Source: Andalucia godoyi And28 (Eukaryota; Protista; Jakobida). Taken from it: a stretch of DNA of 64,000 bases. How positions within the stretch are numbered: the stretch's first letter is position 1; every line of letters starts with the position of its first letter. The translations under genes and the position numbers were made by a program. This document shows, one piece after another, positions 32,301-41,712 of this stretch. Location of the stretch: contig VRVR01000013.1 in the NCBI GenBank assembly GCA_009859145.1, forward strand, positions 86,786 through 150,785, read 5' to 3'. The notes beneath the pieces were generated by a model that was given only the letters and a program-made list of their open reading frames with translations, had not been told where the DNA came from and made no database searches.

Positions 32301-34305
32301 GTGGCGCGAACGTGTTCGGGCAGACCTCCGTTCAGAATGGGACATTGAGCGGCACGCGATGGAGCAGTCCGCCGAAGCGACTCTTAAGGAACTGGAGAAA
32401 TCGCATTCTGTTGCTCTGCAGCGTGCACATGATGATCAACAGAAGCAGGTGACGGAAATTCAGCGGAACCATGCTGCGCAGCTGCAAGCGATTCGCACGG
32501 AATTGCGCGCTGACTACGGAAAGCGTGTCGCTGAAATCGAAGCAGAATGGAGAAACATTGCTGGTCGTAATAACGATTCGTTTGAACGAGAAGTCGAAAA
32601 GAAGTACTCGGAAATGCTGCAGATCCGCGATCAAGACGACGAGGCTCGCAGAAAGATGTATGCCGATCGCGAAGCCGAAGTTTTGCGTGCGGCGGATGAG
32701 CGGGTGGAGTCTCGTGTCCGACAGTGCCGAATGACATTGGAAGACGAGTTTGTGGAGAGACGCAAGACACTGGATACGGAGGTGGAGAAGAAGCGAGTGA
32801 AACTGGATGAACTGTTTGACAGTCGTAGGATGGCTCTTGAAGAAGAATGCCGTCAGTCGGTGAATCACATTGTCGAGGAAGAAGAAAAGAAGCGGCAAAC
32901 TCTTTCGCAGCAATTGCAGGAAGAGTATCTGGCGAATCTCGAGAAGCGCGAGCTGCAGTACCGGGATGAGTATGCAGAAGTCTGTCGCATCACTCGCGTG
33001 CAAGTTTGTGAAGAAGTGGAAGCGCTGCGATCCACGATGGAAGAGGAGCTTCGTTGCCGCCTAGAAGCTGAGATTTCTTCCGCAGTCCGCGCAAAGACTC
33101 ACCAAGAACAATCCGACCAGTTGTCTGCATTCATGGCTGAGCTTGAAATTGCACGTGTCGAAACGGAGAACAGGCTGAAGTCTGAGTACGACCAATTGTT
33201 GACAAGTGCCCTTGTTGCCCGGTCTGCAGAGGACGAGCGGATTCGGTCGACACGTGAAGAACAGTACCGTGCAGAACTTGAGAGCTGCCGCCAAGAATCC
33301 AAGCAATGGGCAGAATCGGAGATTGGTAAGATCCGTGGTCATGTTGAGGAGCTGGATCAACAGATTATCGATCTGGAGGACGCCAAACATGACTTGGAGC
33401 TGCGGATTCGTTCCGAGTGTGCAGAGGATATTCAGCGCAAGCTTGCTGCTGCCGAGGAGGTTCGACGTGCTGAGCGTGAGCGTCTTGAACAGCTTATCCT
33501 CCAGGAACGGCAGATGCGTGTGGAGGAAGCCGAGAGGTATGCTGCCGTTGAGGCAGAAAGAGGTGCTCGTGAAGACGCGCTACGCAAGGACCGTGCCAAT
33601 CTTGAGCAGGCAACGGCACAGCGGGATGCCGAAGAAGCTGAGCAGCGAAAGATCAAGGAAGATCAGCTTGGAAAGCTGCGTGGACGCTTGTCGGAGCTTT
33701 GGGGGGCTTTGGAGTCTGACGTTGCCGAACGTGCTGAATTCTTGTGGCAATGCGAGCTGAAGGCAGGCTTCTCTCATCCGGTCCTGGATATGTACAAGTC
33801 GGAAATCGAGCGATTGTCGGAGCAACTTCCAGTTATGGATGCCGTCACTCGACGAGAGTTCATCAAGTATCGCTTGCGAGAATTGCGCCGCGAATCGGCA
33901 CCATTGACTGCTGTTGGTGTCGATGCAAAGTCCAGACTGGCGTCTTCAAGACTGCAGCGCGAGGAATCCCAGCGTCGAGAGCTTGAGAACGAACTCAAGA
34001 AACTGACGTTGGAGCTCACTCGTGACATCCCGCCTTTGGAGAAGAAGCACAGCCGTCCTGTGACGTATCGCAACCGACACTATCTTCAAGTGCTGATGGA
34101 AGAACAGAAGACAGGGACGCTTTTGAACCTTACTCTTCCTGTAGGTACGACGACTGTCACCAATGCTTCTCTTGCGGTCTCATCCTCTGCCATTGGTGCA
34201 GCTTCGCTGTCGGCCTCTGGAATTCAGAACAAGAGCACAAATTCGCAGTTGAACCAGAGCGGCGGTTCTGTACGCTCCGCCGCATCTCCTACACGCCTAG
34301 TGTGA
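26338..34305 (+). CDS. Giant (2655 aa) coiled-coil protein with a C-terminal MAP65/PRC1/Ase1-like segment
   Basis: Uninterrupted 7968-nt ORF rich in E/R/K/A/L heptads from about aa 170 to 2450. C-terminal LRGRLSELWGAL...LEKKHSRPVTYRNRHYLQVL. Confidence 0.9.
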   Translation: MSDADRQARLAAYRERRQRSGTIAPGSPASYQTSLNEGQLSPRGDLSPTAYQNDGALKSGQMSPTDSVSSESVNPLLPASNNSNNNNNNNNNSSTNLSVQRSSRAQTVAGPGPQGRKTSNGSASVVVSPTISRAPSHTDLAGELNAGTSDTASGAAAGSNEFLRRADGMIQEYKRAAREIAQKAAADVRAAHQREIAAIAEAERAKLVAEQKARQDADDFVSVERGKISKQLEELRERELRLDARIRELVEEKRSEWEIHIGAVLERRQQTLLEEVRLRHTAEVDRIRKECADEVLKAREELRKEQMEALARAASENAVRRERLAKEEEERRMRVHEEYKDRIKDMQVEIEALKARSIEEREMVKQEYSSRIVSLETELKNRDDYIRTKMNELSKSLTEVSERERNAGMRADRAEWERTHDISRLEDEWKARSGVWENERVQLKSQIGDLESKIEVNRSQLRASQDEVIRLKDELRNTTASVRQAASDDTDSQIASLQQQWAQERSDLLEQISSLRGRLDKVRSEFVALDETRKLQVQDVSASYAEAIREWAGKLQQAQDDIRLQQQQLNIQITAATEAEMSNWKMQLDEAQCALRKEEQTHRNALYELEQKMRSEYDARMSLCQQQHEEKFADVSSRYSNWQQSHEKSSSERLLALEKQFGDRVVSLHSENAKQLEAIRISMDAEKEELLTHMKKVHQSQLGSLEADLERTRRSNSESIAARDLEWEQRLEESHAQSVRKIRETSDNAAAIMDKLRSEMLLLDEKHREVTVKMQQDHALKVQSLLLSIGVLEEKLRIHDEEIRELEDKHRKDVGVKDSEFDEKIRQLRLQHDAHVTEIRNEFSVAKIAIEDGHAKERDGWSDSLRKVHDDHAAAILDWSNRLDAVRKDAAEKQTLHAQEIARWKALFGAKEVELQERVAAEKDITVSELNVQKEKYLAVIRQHEEKFAVRRNEYDASLAKVENDYAEKLTKELEDASKRHGDAISAIAEQHRLQIAAIQSGFEDQRISMEEKHRLEESELRKRQEDQLAAHGAALVQRIAEHDVVIVELEVTVARLREECESVRLQAAADIEKRAAEYASKLEEMCRESDAKARKWEADTAAAKAAASSEVDALKSKHASEVEALRSEMNEQSAKDRSSLEQEATRLRKELDSTIATYKEKLREADARASSKYEKSEEDGKRRVSQLVSEYESQIENLRKGHEEHVSQLESSSQEARTAHMEARKRQESVHTAQLEARERRFREDLQLAAEHAAADAQRRHSEELKVLMDSHEAFVRDLTGKHAHEIESLDVRYDELRISHAEDLSKVAAAHDTEIRAIEERQREKIQALRSEHDALRDLHRQQIANVVREQETAMDSLKKKHDAETQSLRKCIHDLRLQHQTTLDAIHAEHEATVSRIERESLERVEKSERRLSDSQSSSIGKVAELESMVEKVREDCSKKLADAEDRLREQAMRHASLMDAAEKRHADDVEALHRLSAEIQTDHAQKLADLRRERDDAVSLVRNEWSLKLEQQHAEMEDERRLWSLQKQQLIDVRLQTDNDWRLKMRDVEVVARRERDEALAQQTREFEASLATLQSELDSSRRSADEIRSKMSAEHSEEKRRLAKEHRNEINALINDHQIAFDSREESWNQQRVSLEQEVEMREKKAREDAANDQRKLFDRIVELQREYAEAYRAQDVAHRQRIDALVEESGQRWNSWQQGIAKMQARHDDDIAELQKGHAKEVERLSTSHEEELSQIRAKFSSEAEQHRIMLTELRNTTESRIEEVRVFYLQQVSRMQDAHEAEIESIRKVHDAEILKLKDSHLGDLERVETNHSDALLRAREEWNVQTARQLEDQMRVSELERLKVSADLQRSFDQSLNRVVSSLRDEHSKTIAKMSETHSAEVGSLQKMHTQAVNDITETTEQRIAAVRYQAAQDLCALEKDLSEQSASRIAIVLAQQKQEFELLVRNHELERLEWEERLRLAVQLSIAETARWRTEQESMWRERVRADLRSEWDIERHAMEQSAEATLKELEKSHSVALQRAHDDQQKQVTEIQRNHAAQLQAIRTELRADYGKRVAEIEAEWRNIAGRNNDSFEREVEKKYSEMLQIRDQDDEARRKMYADREAEVLRAADERVESRVRQCRMTLEDEFVERRKTLDTEVEKKRVKLDELFDSRRMALEEECRQSVNHIVEEEEKKRQTLSQQLQEEYLANLEKRELQYRDEYAEVCRITRVQVCEEVEALRSTMEEELRCRLEAEISSAVRAKTHQEQSDQLSAFMAELEIARVETENRLKSEYDQLLTSALVARSAEDERIRSTREEQYRAELESCRQESKQWAESEIGKIRGHVEELDQQIIDLEDAKHDLELRIRSECAEDIQRKLAAAEEVRRAERERLEQLILQERQMRVEEAERYAAVEAERGAREDALRKDRANLEQATAQRDAEEAEQRKIKEDQLGKLRGRLSELWGALESDVAERAEFLWQCELKAGFSHPVLDMYKSEIERLSEQLPVMDAVTRREFIKYRLRELRRESAPLTAVGVDAKSRLASSRLQREESQRRELENELKKLTLELTRDIPPLEKKHSRPVTYRNRHYLQVLMEEQKTGTLLNLTLPVGTTTVTNASLAVSSSAIGAASLSASGIQNKSTNSQLNQSGGSVRSAASPTRLV

Positions 34306-34357
34306 GGTCGATGAATCCTTTTCTTTTACTAGCGCGCGGATACCAATAGGATCTCTC

Positions 34358-34546
34358 ACTGTTGTTGTTGTTGTTGTTGTTGTTGATGATGATGATGATG
34401 TTTTTGTTATTTCTTTTTTCTTTTTCTTTCTTTCTTTTTTTTTTTTTCAGCGTTGATGTTTTTGTTCGTGTCTTTGTGGGAGATGTTTTGATTGTTTTAT
34501 GACGTGATTTGTATTATTATTATTATTATTATTGTTATTATTATTA
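34358..34546. repeat. Cluster of (TTG)n, (ATG)n, poly-T and (ATT)n low-complexity repeats between convergent genes
   Basis: Direct reading. Confidence 0.9.
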
Positions 34547-34577
34547 TAGCTCTTCTCTTTTTTTGTAATTGTTATCT

Positions 34578-36389
34578 TTAAATGACCATTTGTGTTGATT
34601 GGTGCCTCAGCGAAATGCACGCGTGATAATCTTGCAGTGATGTCCGCGCAACAGGAATCCCTCGCAACGACGTGGACGTTGCACCGACAATCTTCACCGC
34701 AACATAGTCTCCGGTGTCCGCGTCGCACTTGGGAAGCTGTGATGCAATGTTTTCGCCGCAAAGCAGCTTTTGAAGCTCCGTGCGTGTTGCGATGGGAACA
34801 GAAGCAGCCGGGAAATGCACTCGCATGTTACAGTCCCCTCGACCAGTGACGTCAACATTGGAGTTTCGCTTGGAAGGATTCTCGACCAGCACCAACTCGG
34901 TTGTTCCAATTCTTCGGAAATGCTTTTGCCGGGCAACGTCATGAAACGTGGCAATCACTTCAGCGAGTCGACGCATCTTGACATCTTCAGGAACATCGTC
35001 GTTCAGCTTGCGGTGCGCATACGTCCTTTCTCGCATGGAGTACGCAAACATGAAAGCATAGTCGTACTGGACGCGCTTCAATAAATCCAGTGTTTGGAGA
35101 TGATCGTCTTCCGTCTCTCCGCAAAACCCAGATATAAAATCCGACGACAGCGCCACGTTCGTTACTTTCGACCTCATGTGATCAATCAGCTCCAAGTATG
35201 CCTCGCGGGTGTATCCTCTTCGCATCGATTCCAGAACTGCGTTGGACCCAGACTGTGCCGGAATATGAATGGATTTGCAGATGTTCGCATGATTTTGGAT
35301 AACGTCCAGCACCGGGTCCGGAAAATCCTTGGGATGTGGGGAGGTGAATCTGATGCGCATCTCGGGGTCTATTCTCGCCACACGGTCAAGCAGATCTGCA
35401 AATCGAATGCCTCCCGGTTGCACCTTCACAATAGAGCGGAATCCCTTCGCCATCAACTGCTCTGCTGTCTCTTCAAATGGTCGAGAACCCGCCGAACCCG
35501 CCGAACCTGTTGAATCTGATGAACCTTGCACACCCTGCACACCCTGCACACTCTGCCCATCGAGCGAATTCGACTCGTGCCCTGGGCGAAACACGTAAGA
35601 GTTGACGTTCTGCCCAAGCAACGTAACTTCTCTCACGCCTTGTTCTGCGAGGAGTCTGATTTCCTGTTCAATCGATTCCACGGGCCTGGACCGCTCTCGG
35701 CCCCTTGTAAATGGAACGACGCAATACGAACACATGTTGGCGCAACCTCTCATAATCGAGCAAAAGGCTGCCCTTTTGGACGCGTCTAAGCGAACAGGTG
35801 CAATGTCCGCATATGTCTCATCCGCGGAAAGCATGACATTGATGGCATCCTGCCGTTGCGAAACGAGTCGAGGCAAGTCTCTGTATGCGTCCGGCCCACA
35901 AACAACATCCAGCAATTGCCGGTGCTCCAACAACGACGTCTTTAGTCGCTCGGCCATGCATCCCAGCACACCAACCACAGTTCCGTTCTTGGCTCTGACT
36001 TTCTTCAACGACTCGAGCCTTCTCCACACCTTATCCTCTGCATTCTCGCGGATTGCACAAGTATTCAAAAACACAACGGACGCATCCTCCGCCGCATCCA
36101 CACGCGTATATCCTGCCTTTTGCATGATCGAAAGCACAATTTCAGAATCCGCACTGTTCATTTGGCAGCCATATGTCTCAATGTACACTTTGCTTCGCGA
36201 TGGATCTGCAGCACACAGAGACGCATCCAAGTAGTGCCGCTCTTCCTCGGATCTCTGCACTTCACCAGCGTCCGCCCCATCCTTGGCCATAAAATCACGA
36301 AGCGACACTTGCGATTTTCGAAGTGCTTCAAGAGTGTCCTTGTGTGCAAATCGCCTGAATACCGATCGACCCCGCATTATCATCATCAT
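34578..36389 (-). CDS. CDK5RAP1: Mitochondrial tRNA methylthiotransferase CDK5RAP1 (MiaB family)
   Basis: IETYGCQMN, NTCAIRE and LGCMAE (UPF0004 domain); radical-SAM RGCANMCSYCVVP; IRFTSPHPKDF; SSDFISGFCGETE; TRAM domain. Arg-rich targeting-like N-terminus. Confidence 0.95.
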   Translation of the reverse strand: MMMIMRGRSVFRRFAHKDTLEALRKSQVSLRDFMAKDGADAGEVQRSEEERHYLDASLCAADPSRSKVYIETYGCQMNSADSEIVLSIMQKAGYTRVDAAEDASVVFLNTCAIRENAEDKVWRRLESLKKVRAKNGTVVGVLGCMAERLKTSLLEHRQLLDVVCGPDAYRDLPRLVSQRQDAINVMLSADETYADIAPVRLDASKRAAFCSIMRGCANMCSYCVVPFTRGRERSRPVESIEQEIRLLAEQGVREVTLLGQNVNSYVFRPGHESNSLDGQSVQGVQGVQGSSDSTGSAGSAGSRPFEETAEQLMAKGFRSIVKVQPGGIRFADLLDRVARIDPEMRIRFTSPHPKDFPDPVLDVIQNHANICKSIHIPAQSGSNAVLESMRRGYTREAYLELIDHMRSKVTNVALSSDFISGFCGETEDDHLQTLDLLKRVQYDYAFMFAYSMRERTYAHRKLNDDVPEDVKMRRLAEVIATFHDVARQKHFRRIGTTELVLVENPSKRNSNVDVTGRGDCNMRVHFPAASVPIATRTELQKLLCGENIASQLPKCDADTGDYVAVKIVGATSTSLRGIPVARTSLQDYHACISLRHQSTQMVI

Positions 36390-36933
36390 CCTCCTCCTGC
36401 TCCTCCTCCGTACTTCCCCTTCCTACAATCGTCTATGATCTATGATCAGTGTTCCAAGATCTATTGGTTAGGGTTGGCGAGTCCAGTCCACAATCCTTCA
36501 TCTGCCTCATCCACCACCTCAGTTAGCACTCCGAGATCGTTGCAACCAAACATCACCCTGTAAAAAAATAAAAAATCCTTTCGTACGACGGGCGGATGCA
36601 CGGAAACCGCGAAAGACCGTACAGCAGGCCTGGAACTCTGCAGCTGGAAAAAGGATGTCAGTGCAAACATGACGTCAGTCGAGGTTTGCCGGACATTTAC
36701 CAAGCCGAATCCAAAAAAGTAATTTATAATAATAATAGTAATAATCATCAAGTCATAATGATAAACAAAGTTAACAAACAAACGAAAACAGTAAAACGAA
36801 AACCGAGGAAAGAAGCGTGTCCGAACGCCGAGCACTGAAAGTTCAAAGACCGAGGGGTTGTATATTTATTCTCGCTCACGCTCTCACATATTCGGTGTGT
36901 GTGCGGTGGTGGAATCGGATACTGCGAGGGACA

Positions 36934-39900
36934 ATGGAGCAGCACTTGAGATACCTTGCTTCGTTGACGGTTCATCAAGAGCCATTGATTGTGCCGCCTG
37001 AGTCGTCGCCGGCATATGAATTCACGGAAAGCCCAAGTTCCTCTGGACCGATTTCGGTGTTCGATTCCGTTCTTGCGCGAACATTCGGTTCCCTTTCTCT
37101 CCAAAAGTCGCACTTGTCTCCGTACTTCCCGCTCAAGCTTTCGGATGATGATGATAATGATGATCATGATGATGAAGAAGATGAACATCATAATCGCAAA
37201 CATAGTAATGATGATGGTCATGGTGGTGATGGCACAGCGTTTGGCGGTGGTGATTTTGGCACGCTGAAAGGGCCCAGTTTTGACGTTGTAGGGCAAGTGG
37301 AGCATATCAAGGGTATCTTTAAACTGCCATTTACAGAGTCGAAGGTCGGACTGGTGGTGCACAGAATGGGCGAGACATTGGCACTGGATGCGCTGCCTGA
37401 CGGTTTTGAAGGATCTGGAAATCTTGTGCCTATTGGTGAATCCAAGGCACCCAAGGACCGGAAGATTGTTGCTTCGCAAAAGCCGCCATCGTTGACTCGG
37501 AATGTTCACCGAGCTCTGGAAGAACAGTTGTATTCGAAGTTTTTGTACTATGCAATGTACAGGAGCAGAGACGGAACGGATTGGAAAAGGCGGATCAATG
37601 CACAGTTTCCGACATATGACGGATTCCGCGAATTGTTTTCGTACAAGTTTGGTCGATTAGACATTGCTGGTGCTTCCGATATGTTGGTCTTCGGTGCAGA
37701 AGGCCGGCCGTCCGTTTCGTTGAAGCTTCGAGAGCTGGATGAAGAATTTTCGACATCAACTCTAGTGGATTTGTGGATTGATAATGTCATGCAGCAGGTT
37801 CCAGAACTCGCCATTGTGTACCACGCAGAAGGACTTGTAACCGGGTACCAGCTCGTTCGTACGGATGAGATTCCAAAGATGAGGCTTGCAGCATCCTTTT
37901 CTCCAGCGTCGGTGACCGACAATGCCACTCGGGTGTTCAAGTGGCTGAAGGACATGTGCACAGAAGATGGCCAGACGTATGTTTTGCTCAAAGAAGCCGG
38001 TGAAGACTCCGTTGGTCTCTTCGTCGTGGAATCAGATGAAGTAACGCCGCTGAAGACTTCCATCTCAACGACAAGAAAATCCTCCAAAGGCCTTGCCTAT
38101 TTGCATTATCGAATGGCAAAGTCTGTGTGGGAAGAATGGAAAGCCGCCATGACTGACAATATTGTGAAGGATGCCATGGGTCTGGACCGTGATGATCGTG
38201 ATCGTGATCGTGATCGTGATCGTGATCGTTTGTTCCGGTCATACGGTACTTCTGTTTTCCGCTTGATATCTTCAGCGACGGAATTCTGCGATCCCCGAGA
38301 AGACGCGGATTTGTTTGCCAAGATCCACGATTTCTCTGCGGTCATCTCGTCCTTCATTGCAGATTGGCTCTCGAAGAGAAAGGACTCTCCCATTTTGAAC
38401 AGCATTGATTACGTCGCCTTGTTCGGGGGCGTTTCGCGATTATCTTTGACACACAGAAGCTCTAGCTTTGAAGAGCTGACGGATGATATTGCTCCGCTGC
38501 GTCCCCGGACGCCTTCGTCTATGATTGCGACGGCGGCGCTGCCCAAGCACGTCGGATCTGTGGGTACGTTTCAAGAGAAAGACGCCTTTGCGCTGGTGAC
38601 CAAATTATCGCCTCATTCTCCGCTGTTCAATGTCGTACTGCATCTGAGAGACGCAGTCAAGGCGCTCTTGGAATTTGGAACGTGGTCGGCTGATCGGCGC
38701 TATGCGGATCACCTTTCTGTGCAACTCATTTCCGCATGCAAAGACTATGTGGAGAAGAGTTTCAAGTTAGTAGATGGAGAGGCAGACCTGCGAATGCTCA
38801 CTCACCTCATTCTGTCATCGCTGCACATTAGTGTCTCTTTGGTGTATCGGCATGACTCGCGAAAGGGAGACTGGTTCATCGACAAAGATTTCTCCATGAT
38901 GAAGAACGTATGTGTGTACTTGTGCATTCTGTTGGGAGACCTTGCTGTGCAGAGCTCATCTCTCCTTTCGCAGCGGACTCTTGTGGACATCTTCCACGAC
39001 GGCATACTTGCAGATTTGTGCCAAAAGATCTTGCTGGCGCCTTCCGCAGCATCGTTCCTCAGCGACGTCTTATCATCGTTCCCAACGGACGACATCTTGG
39101 TGCAGGAACAAGTTACGATTGGCAATCTTGAGTCGGCATTGCGCTCATACAGTCGATGTGAAACACTGGGTGAGCGTTTCGGAATCAATGGCTCGGATCG
39201 ACAGGTCCTCCATCGAGCATTGCGGAGGAGAAAAGCAGCCGTCCACAACGAAATCGGCCAAGCGCATCTCAAATTCCATCGATTTACCAAGGGTCTGATT
39301 GAATTCCAGTCCGCGATTCAGTTGTTCAATGCATCCGAGGACTATGTCAACGCCTTTCTTGCACAGATGAATGTCGCGCATTCGTGGAGGCTGTCCTCTC
39401 GCTCCCGGTCAACCGGGGTCGGGTCACCGATGACGGCTGAAGAAGAGGCAGATTTTTTCAAAGCATTTGAATCCTACAAGGCAGCGCAAAAAACGCTGGA
39501 CAAGATGAAAGCGTCAGCGGACTACCATTCGCTACTTCGAAAGCTGGATCTTGACGGCGGCTCTGGCTATCTCGAGTATGCCGTGCGGCTGAAGCAATCC
39601 TTAAACATCGGAGACTCCCAACTGCAGAATGCGCAACGGAATATTGCAGAGGCCTTTTTCAAATCTTCAAAGTTCTTCTCGGCTGCCAAGGCAACGTACG
39701 AAGAGAACGTGGTGAATGCGCATCTGGGAGATCTTTACCGTATCACAGGCGACGCGAAACTCGCGACAATGTACTTGAAAAAGAGTCTTTTGTACTTCAG
39801 CAGTTGGGTCGCCAATCTGCGCCCTGACTCTCCGATCTACGCATCGCGGTCAGCATTCTTTATGCAGACTGTCGCATGGGCATTTTCTGTGTTCCAGGAT

Positions 39901-40137
39901 AACATGGTTGCGGCATTCAAAGCGCTTGGAAGGGATTGGGCGATTCCACCATATGCAGATGCTCTCGAATGGTCACCTGTCTTGAGCAATGTCATCAAGC
40001 AAACATTGCTGAGCGATCCTCAAAAAAGGTGCAAGTCGTTGTACATGGATTTTCTCAAAAGACTGGAATCTGTCGGACGCGTCGATTCGCAAGCAGCTTC
40101 ACAGATCTTCGAACGTCTTTTCAAGCTGTACGCATAA
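36934..40137 (+). CDS. EDRF1: Erythroid differentiation-related factor 1-like protein
   Basis: IKGIFKLPF..VGLVVHRMGETLALD, SDMLVFG, DLWIDNVMQQVPELAIVYH..GLVTGYQLVRTDEIP and FKWLKDMCTEDGQTYVL match the EDRF1 N-terminal domain. TPR-like C-terminus (HNEIGQ). Confidence 0.85.
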   Translation: MEQHLRYLASLTVHQEPLIVPPESSPAYEFTESPSSSGPISVFDSVLARTFGSLSLQKSHLSPYFPLKLSDDDDNDDHDDEEDEHHNRKHSNDDGHGGDGTAFGGGDFGTLKGPSFDVVGQVEHIKGIFKLPFTESKVGLVVHRMGETLALDALPDGFEGSGNLVPIGESKAPKDRKIVASQKPPSLTRNVHRALEEQLYSKFLYYAMYRSRDGTDWKRRINAQFPTYDGFRELFSYKFGRLDIAGASDMLVFGAEGRPSVSLKLRELDEEFSTSTLVDLWIDNVMQQVPELAIVYHAEGLVTGYQLVRTDEIPKMRLAASFSPASVTDNATRVFKWLKDMCTEDGQTYVLLKEAGEDSVGLFVVESDEVTPLKTSISTTRKSSKGLAYLHYRMAKSVWEEWKAAMTDNIVKDAMGLDRDDRDRDRDRDRDRLFRSYGTSVFRLISSATEFCDPREDADLFAKIHDFSAVISSFIADWLSKRKDSPILNSIDYVALFGGVSRLSLTHRSSSFEELTDDIAPLRPRTPSSMIATAALPKHVGSVGTFQEKDAFALVTKLSPHSPLFNVVLHLRDAVKALLEFGTWSADRRYADHLSVQLISACKDYVEKSFKLVDGEADLRMLTHLILSSLHISVSLVYRHDSRKGDWFIDKDFSMMKNVCVYLCILLGDLAVQSSSLLSQRTLVDIFHDGILADLCQKILLAPSAASFLSDVLSSFPTDDILVQEQVTIGNLESALRSYSRCETLGERFGINGSDRQVLHRALRRRKAAVHNEIGQAHLKFHRFTKGLIEFQSAIQLFNASEDYVNAFLAQMNVAHSWRLSSRSRSTGVGSPMTAEEEADFFKAFESYKAAQKTLDKMKASADYHSLLRKLDLDGGSGYLEYAVRLKQSLNIGDSQLQNAQRNIAEAFFKSSKFFSAAKATYEENVVNAHLGDLYRITGDAKLATMYLKKSLLYFSSWVANLRPDSPIYASRSAFFMQTVAWAFSVFQDNMVAAFKALGRDWAIPPYADALEWSPVLSNVIKQTLLSDPQKRCKSLYMDFLKRLESVGRVDSQAASQIFERLFKLYA

Positions 40138-40333
40138 CATGAAACAATATCAGAGTCATCCGCAATCAGTATCAACATGGAGCGCACATTTTTGAAGTGC
40201 GCATGCCCCTTCTTGTTTTCCGAGTGCAAAAAAAAAACCAAAAAAAACCAACAAAAAAAAACACTGGGAACAATCCGTTGAAGATTTAGGACGCTTCTTT
40301 TTAGTTTTGGATGCTGTTGGGATGGCGCACGGA

Positions 40334-41473
40334 TCATTGGGAATCGGCATTTGACTTATTCTCAGTCTTGCTCTCGGTTTTCAGTGCACCCGCATCTGGG
40401 AACGTCGCAACAACCTGATCGTCCGCTCTGTCCAACACGACCTCCTCAGCTCGAATAGACGCAGGAACATCCACAGCACATGGGACAGGAGCAACAAAGG
40501 AGAGTGTCAATTTCATCGTGCGCAAAATCGGCACATAGGCAACCACAAACATCATCAAGGACACAACGGACAAGTACTGGCACGCAACATTGGCAGACCA
40601 CCAGCCTCCGCAGTTCGACCTCCCTGAGCAGCGAACGATCAGCGTGCGAATACCAGGGAAAATAATGACATATGCAAGGATTGACAGCAATGTGCACGTA
40701 ATTGCGATTCTCCTATAAATAATCCAAAACGCGATATCCTTTGGAAATTGTCGATGAGACGAATCGCCAGACAAGTACGTTTTCCGCACAACATGCATGT
40801 ACGTCACATGCAGGAAAAAGCACTGGAAAAACATAAACACAAAAAACGTTGCTGCAAACATGCCATGGATGAACGGATCGTCGTTCAAACTGATAATGCC
40901 CAGGAGAACAATCCCAAGAGCAGCCAGCAATCCGCAGACAAACGACGCATCGACATAGACTCCAAACTGCGAGCTGTTGATGGAGCGCAGCAATGCCCTG
41001 TAGTACGTGAAAAGCACATAGGACAGCAGGACGCAGGTTCCCGAAACAAAACAGAGCCCAAGTCGGAACACGGATGTTCCGGGATGGATGGCTCCTGTTT
41101 CCGAAAGATATGCCAAAGCGCCATGCGGCATATCTCCAAACAAGTAGAACAATAGGAGCGAAAAGAAGAAGCTGACAAGCCCAGAGATGATCGCCACCAG
41201 CGGCAACTTGAAAAGTTTCAAAGGAACCGTCGAAATGAACGGCATGTCACGCAGCCGCAGCTTTAGACCCGGCGTCGCAATCTTGATCTGTGTGCTGTCT
41301 GCATTGACAGCAGCTGCATCCGCATGTTCAGCTCGCGACTGCGTGAACGACACATCACGATCATGATCGATATCACCGTCGTTGTTGATGTCGTTATTAT
41401 CACTGGTGTTGGTCTGCACAGGGAATTCATGCGACCCAGAATTCAACTCGCAAGAAGCCCTGTCGCTCGCCAT
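40334..41473 (-). CDS. Frag1/DRAM/Sfk1 (TMEM150) family multi-TM protein
   Basis: About six TM helices, YLSETGAIHPGTSVF, GIISLNDDPFIHG..AATFF and CQY in the last helix. Confidence 0.8.
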   Translation of the reverse strand: MASDRASCELNSGSHEFPVQTNTSDNNDINNDGDIDHDRDVSFTQSRAEHADAAAVNADSTQIKIATPGLKLRLRDMPFISTVPLKLFKLPLVAIISGLVSFFFSLLLFYLFGDMPHGALAYLSETGAIHPGTSVFRLGLCFVSGTCVLLSYVLFTYYRALLRSINSSQFGVYVDASFVCGLLAALGIVLLGIISLNDDPFIHGMFAATFFVFMFFQCFFLHVTYMHVVRKTYLSGDSSHRQFPKDIAFWIIYRRIAITCTLLSILAYVIIFPGIRTLIVRCSGRSNCGGWWSANVACQYLSVVSLMMFVVAYVPILRTMKLTLSFVAPVPCAVDVPASIRAEEVVLDRADDQVVATFPDAGALKTESKTENKSNADSQ

Positions 41474-41712
41474 TTCCCCCGCCTTTCTGTACCTCTTTAT
41501 TGAGGTTCTCTTCACGTCGTTTTCCCTTTTGTTTTCGTCAACCCCCGGCACAACAACAACAACAACAACCACAAGAATGACAATACACGAAAGAGAGAGA
41601 GAGAGAGAGAGAGAAATTCAATCAATCCTTTTATTGCCGATGTGTTGGCAGAACAGAGATGCGGCTCAATCGCATTGTACAGCAGAAAATGCAGTCCTTG
41701 CCGCCTGCACGA

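Noticed and set aside
26555-34073. Many long minus-strand and alternate-frame ORFs (up to 423 aa) over the giant coiled-coil gene
   Set aside because: Shadow ORFs caused by the biased Glu/Arg/Ala codon usage of the real gene; Ser/Phe/Leu-rich with no motifs.
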